From the NCBI RefSeq assembly GCF_963921235.1, contig NC_086097.1:182220001-182284000 (forward strand): 64,000 nucleotides of DNA, given 5' to 3'. Within the stretch, counting starts at the first letter, position 1. Each line of letters begins with the position of its first letter. A model generated the notes under the pieces. That model saw only the letters and a list, made by a program, of their open reading frames with translations. It had not been told where the DNA came from and did no database searches. This DNA comes from Mobula hypostoma. Its lineage: Eukaryota. Positions 60,072-64,000 of this stretch are shown in pieces. The position numbers were made by a program, and so were the translations under genes.

Positions 60072-63000
60072 TAGTACTGAGGGATTCCCAACTGTGGGAG
60101 GAGCAATACTGAGAGAGATTCACACTGTGGGAGGGGCAGTACTGAGGGAGGGTGACACTGTGGGGGGGGCGGTACTGAGGGAGGGTGACACTGTGGGAGG
60201 GGCGGTACTGAGGGAGGGTGACACTGTGGGAGGGGTGGTACTGAAGTAGGGTGACACTGTGGAGGGGCGGTACTGAGGGAGGGTGACACTGTGGGAGGGG
60301 CGGTACTGAGGGAGGGTGACACTGTGGAGGGGCGGTACTGAAGGAGGGTGAGACTGTGTGGGGGCGGTACTGAGGGAGGGTCAGGCAGTGTGGGGGCGGT
60401 ACTGAGGGAGGGTGACACTGTGGGAGGGGCGGTACTGAGGGAGGGTGATACTGTTGGGGGGTGGTACTGAGGGAGGGTGACACTGTGGGAGGGGCAGTAC
60501 TGAGGGAGGGTGACACTGTGGGGGGGCGGTACTGAAAGCAAATCACACTATGGGGGGCAGTACTGAGAAAGAATCACACTGTGGGAGGGGCGGTACTGAG
60601 GAAGGGTCAGTCTGTGGGAGGGGCGGTACTGAGGGAGGGTGACACTGGGAGGGGTGGTACTGAGGAAGGGTCAGTCTGTGGGAGGGGCGGTGCTGAGGGA
60701 GGGTGACACTGTGGGAGGGGCGGTACTGAGGAAGGGTCAGTCTGTGGGAGGGTGAGACTGTGTGGGGGCGGTACTGAGGGAGGGTGACACTGTGGGAGGG
60801 GCGGTACTGAGGGAGGGTGAGACTGTGTGGGGGCGGTACTGAGGGAGGGTGACACTGTGGGAGGGGTGGTACTGAGGGAGGGTGATACTGTTGGGGGGTG
60901 GTACTGAGGGAGGGTGACATTGTGGGAGGGGCAGTACTGAGGGAGGGTGACACTGTGGGGGGGTGGTACTGAGAGCGAATCACACTGTGGGAGGGGCGGT
61001 ACTGAGGAAGGGTCAGTCTGTGGGAGGGGCGGTACTGAGGGAGGGTGACACTATGGGAGGGGTGGTACTGAGGAAGGGTCAGTCTGTGGGAGGGGCGGTA
61101 CTGAGGGAGGGTGACACTGTGGGAGGGGCAGTACTGAGGAAGGGTCAGTCTGTGGGAGGGCGGTACTGAGGGAGGGTGACACTATGGGAGGGGCGGTACT
61201 GAGAGAGAATCACACTGTTGGGGGGGCGGTACTGAGGGAGAGTGATACTGTGGGAGGGGCAGTACTGAGGGAGGGTGACACTGGGAGGGGCGGTACTGAG
61301 GGAGGGTGACCCTGGGAGGGGCGGTACTGAGGGAGGGTGATACTGTGGAGGGGCGATACTGTGGGAGGGTGACTGGGGGGGCGGTACTGAGGGAGGGTGA
61401 CACTGTGGGAGGGTCGGTACTGAGAGAGAATCACACTGTTGGGGGGCGGTACTGAGGGAGGGTGATACTGTGGAGGGGCGATACTGTGGGAGGGTGACTG
61501 GGGGGGCGGTACTGAGGGAGGGTGACACTGTGGGAGGGGCGGTACTGAGAGAGAATCACACTGTTGGGGGGGCGGTACTGAGGGAGAGTGATACTGTGGG
61601 AGGGGCGGTACTGAGGGAGGGTGACTGTGGGGGGGCAGTACTGAGGGAGAGTGACTCTGTGGGAGGGGCGGTACTGAGGGAGGGTGACACTGTGGGGGGG
61701 CAGTACTGAGGGAGGGTGACACTGTGGGTGGGGCGGTACTGAGGGAGGGTGACACTGTGGAGGGGCGGTACTGAGGGAGGGTCAGTCTGTGGGAGGGGCG
61801 GTACTGAGGGAGGGTGACACTGGAGAGGCGGTACTGAGGGAGGGTGACACTGGAGGGGTGGTACTGAGGGAGGGTTACACTGTTAGAGGGGCAGTACTGA
61901 GGGAGCGGTACTGAGGGAGGGTGACACTGTGGAGAGGCGGTACTGAGGGAGGGTGACACTGGAGGGGCGGTACTGAGGGAGGGTGACACTGGAGGGGCGG
62001 TACTGAGGGAGGGTGATACTGTGGAGGGGCGGTACTGAGAGAGGGTGATACTGTGGAGAGGCGGTACTGAGGGAGGGTGACACTGGAGGGGTGGTACTGA
62101 GGGAGGGTTACACTGTTAGAGGGGCAGTACTGAGGGAGGGTGACACTGGAGGGGCGGTACTGAGGGAGGGTGATACTGTGGAGGGGCGGTACTGAGGGAG
62201 GGTGACACTGTGGGGGGGCGATACTGAGGGAGGGTGACTGTGGGGGGTCAGTACTGAGGGAGGGTGACACTGGGAGGGGTGGTACTGAGGGAGGGTGACA
62301 CTGTGGGATGGGTGGTACTGAGGGAGGGTGACACTGTGGGGGGCGGTACTGAAGGAGGGTGACACTGTGGGAGGGGTGGTACTGAGAGAGAATCACTGTG
62401 GGAGGGGTGGTACTGAGGGAGGGTGACACTGGAGGGGCAGTACTGAGGGAGGGTGATACTGTGGAGGGGCGGTACTGAGGGAGGGTGACACTGGAGGGGT
62501 GGTACTGAGGGAGGGTGACACTGGGAGGGGCGGTACTGAGGGAGGGTGACACTGGAGGGGCGGTACTGAGGGAGGGTGACACTGGAGGGGCGGTACTGAG
62601 GGAGGGTGATACTGTGGAGGGGCGGTACTGAGAGAGGGTGATACTGTGGAGAGGCGGTACTGAGGGAGGGTGACACTGGAGGGGTGGTACTGAGGGAGGG
62701 TTACACTGTTAGAGGGGCAGTACTGAGGGAGCGGTACTGAGGGAGGGTGACACTGTGGAGAGGCGGTACTGAGGGAGGGTGACACTGGAGGGGCGGTACT
62801 GAGGGAGGGTGACACTGGAGGGGCGGTACTGAGGGAGGGTGATACTGTGGAGGGGCGGTACTGAGAGAGGGTGATACTGTGGAGAGGCGGTACTGAGGGA
62901 GGGTGACACTGGAGGGGTGGTACTGAGGGAGGGTTACACTGTTAGAGGGGCAGTACTGAGGGAGGGTGACACTGGAGGGGCGGTACTGAGGGAGGGTGAT

Positions 63001-64000
63001 ACTGTGGAGGGGCGATACTGAGGGAGGGTGACTGTGGGGGGTCAGTACTGAGGGAGGGTGACACTGGGAGGGGTGGTACTGAGGGAGGGTGACACTGTGG
63101 GATGGGTGGTACTGAGGGAGGGTGACACTGTGGGGGGCGGTACTGAAGGAGGGTGACACTGGAGGGGCAGTACTGAGGGAGGGTGATACTGTGGAGGGGC
63201 GGTACTGAGGGAGGGTGACACTAGAGGGGTGGTACTGAGGGAGGGTGACACTGGAGGAGCAGTACTGAGGGAGGGTGACACTGGAGGAGCGGTACTGTGG
63301 GAGGGTGATACTGTGGAGGGGCGGTACTGAGGGAGGGTGACACTGGGAGGGGCGGTACTGAGGGAGGGTGACACTGTTAGAGGGGCAGTACTGAGGGAGG
63401 GTGACACTGTTAGAGGGGCGGCACTGAGGGAGGGTGACACTGGGAGGGGCGGTACTGAGGGAGGGTGACACTGTGGGTGGGGCGGTACTGAGGGAGGGTG
63501 ACACTGTGGAGGGGCTGTACTGAGGGAGGGTCAGTCTGTGGGAGGGGCGGTACTGAGGGAGGGTGACACTGGAGAGGCGGTACTGAGGGAGGGTGACACT
63601 GGGAGGGGCGGTACTGAAGTAGGGTGACACTGGAGGGGCGGTACTGAGAGAGGGTGACACTGTGGAGGGAGGGTACTGAGGGAGGGTGACACTGTTGGGG
63701 GGGTGGTACTGAGGGAGGGTGATACTGTGGAGGGGCGGTACTGAGGGAGGGTTACACTGGGAGGGGCGGTACTGAGGGAGGGTGACACTGTTGGAGGGGC
63801 GGTACTGAGGGAGGGTGACACTGGAGGGGCGGTACTGAGGGAGGGTCAGTCTGTGGGAGGGGCGGTACTGAGGGAGGGTGACACTGGAGAGGCGGTACTG
63901 AGGGAGGGTCACACTGGGAGGGGCGGTACTGAGGGAGGGTCACACTGGAGAGGCGGTACTGAGGGAGGGTGACACTGGAGAGGCGGTACTGAGGGAGGGT
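60072..64000 (+). repeat. Large G-rich minisatellite, 30-33-bp unit GGTACTGAGGGAGGGTGACACTGTGGGAGGGGC; runs off the window end
   Basis: More than 3.9 kb of tandem units (~120 copies) with variant units and higher-order block duplications. Confidence 0.98.

Noticed and set aside
59837..63943. Many Pro/Ser/Thr-rich mucin- or extensin-like ORFs up to 403 aa
   Set aside because: They are translations of the G-rich minisatellite with frequent frame shifts from 30-33-bp unit variation.

Overview
This is repeat-dense vertebrate genomic DNA. The repeat set (CR1/HER1-like LINEs, V-SINEs, Deu-domain SINE remnants, Rex1/Babar, Neptune-type Penelope elements) points to a cartilaginous fish, probably a ray; this is an inference. 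I found no host exon. The only long intact coding region is a 5'-truncated Penelope-like retroelement (PLE) ORF with RT, a Cys-rich linker and a GIY-YIG endonuclease (20375..22741, minus). It belongs to a very young insertion (20038..23319) with a 13-bp target-site duplication and ~410-bp near-identical inverted arms, each carrying a minimal hammerhead ribozyme motif. The insertion sits beside a TA-flanked MITE inside a Tc1 deletion derivative. At least six decayed hammerhead-bearing PLE 3'-end fragments lie elsewhere in the window. Four GC-skewed ~33-bp minisatellite arrays share a core (GTACTGAGGGAG..CACTGT) that appears to derive from the Deu-SINE domain. About ten TAAT/ATTA-rich, repeat-free islands look like conserved non-coding enhancers, suggesting a gene desert or large intron of a developmental regulator. 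Family names rest on motif recognition by eye, not database searches, and boundaries of old fragments are approximate.
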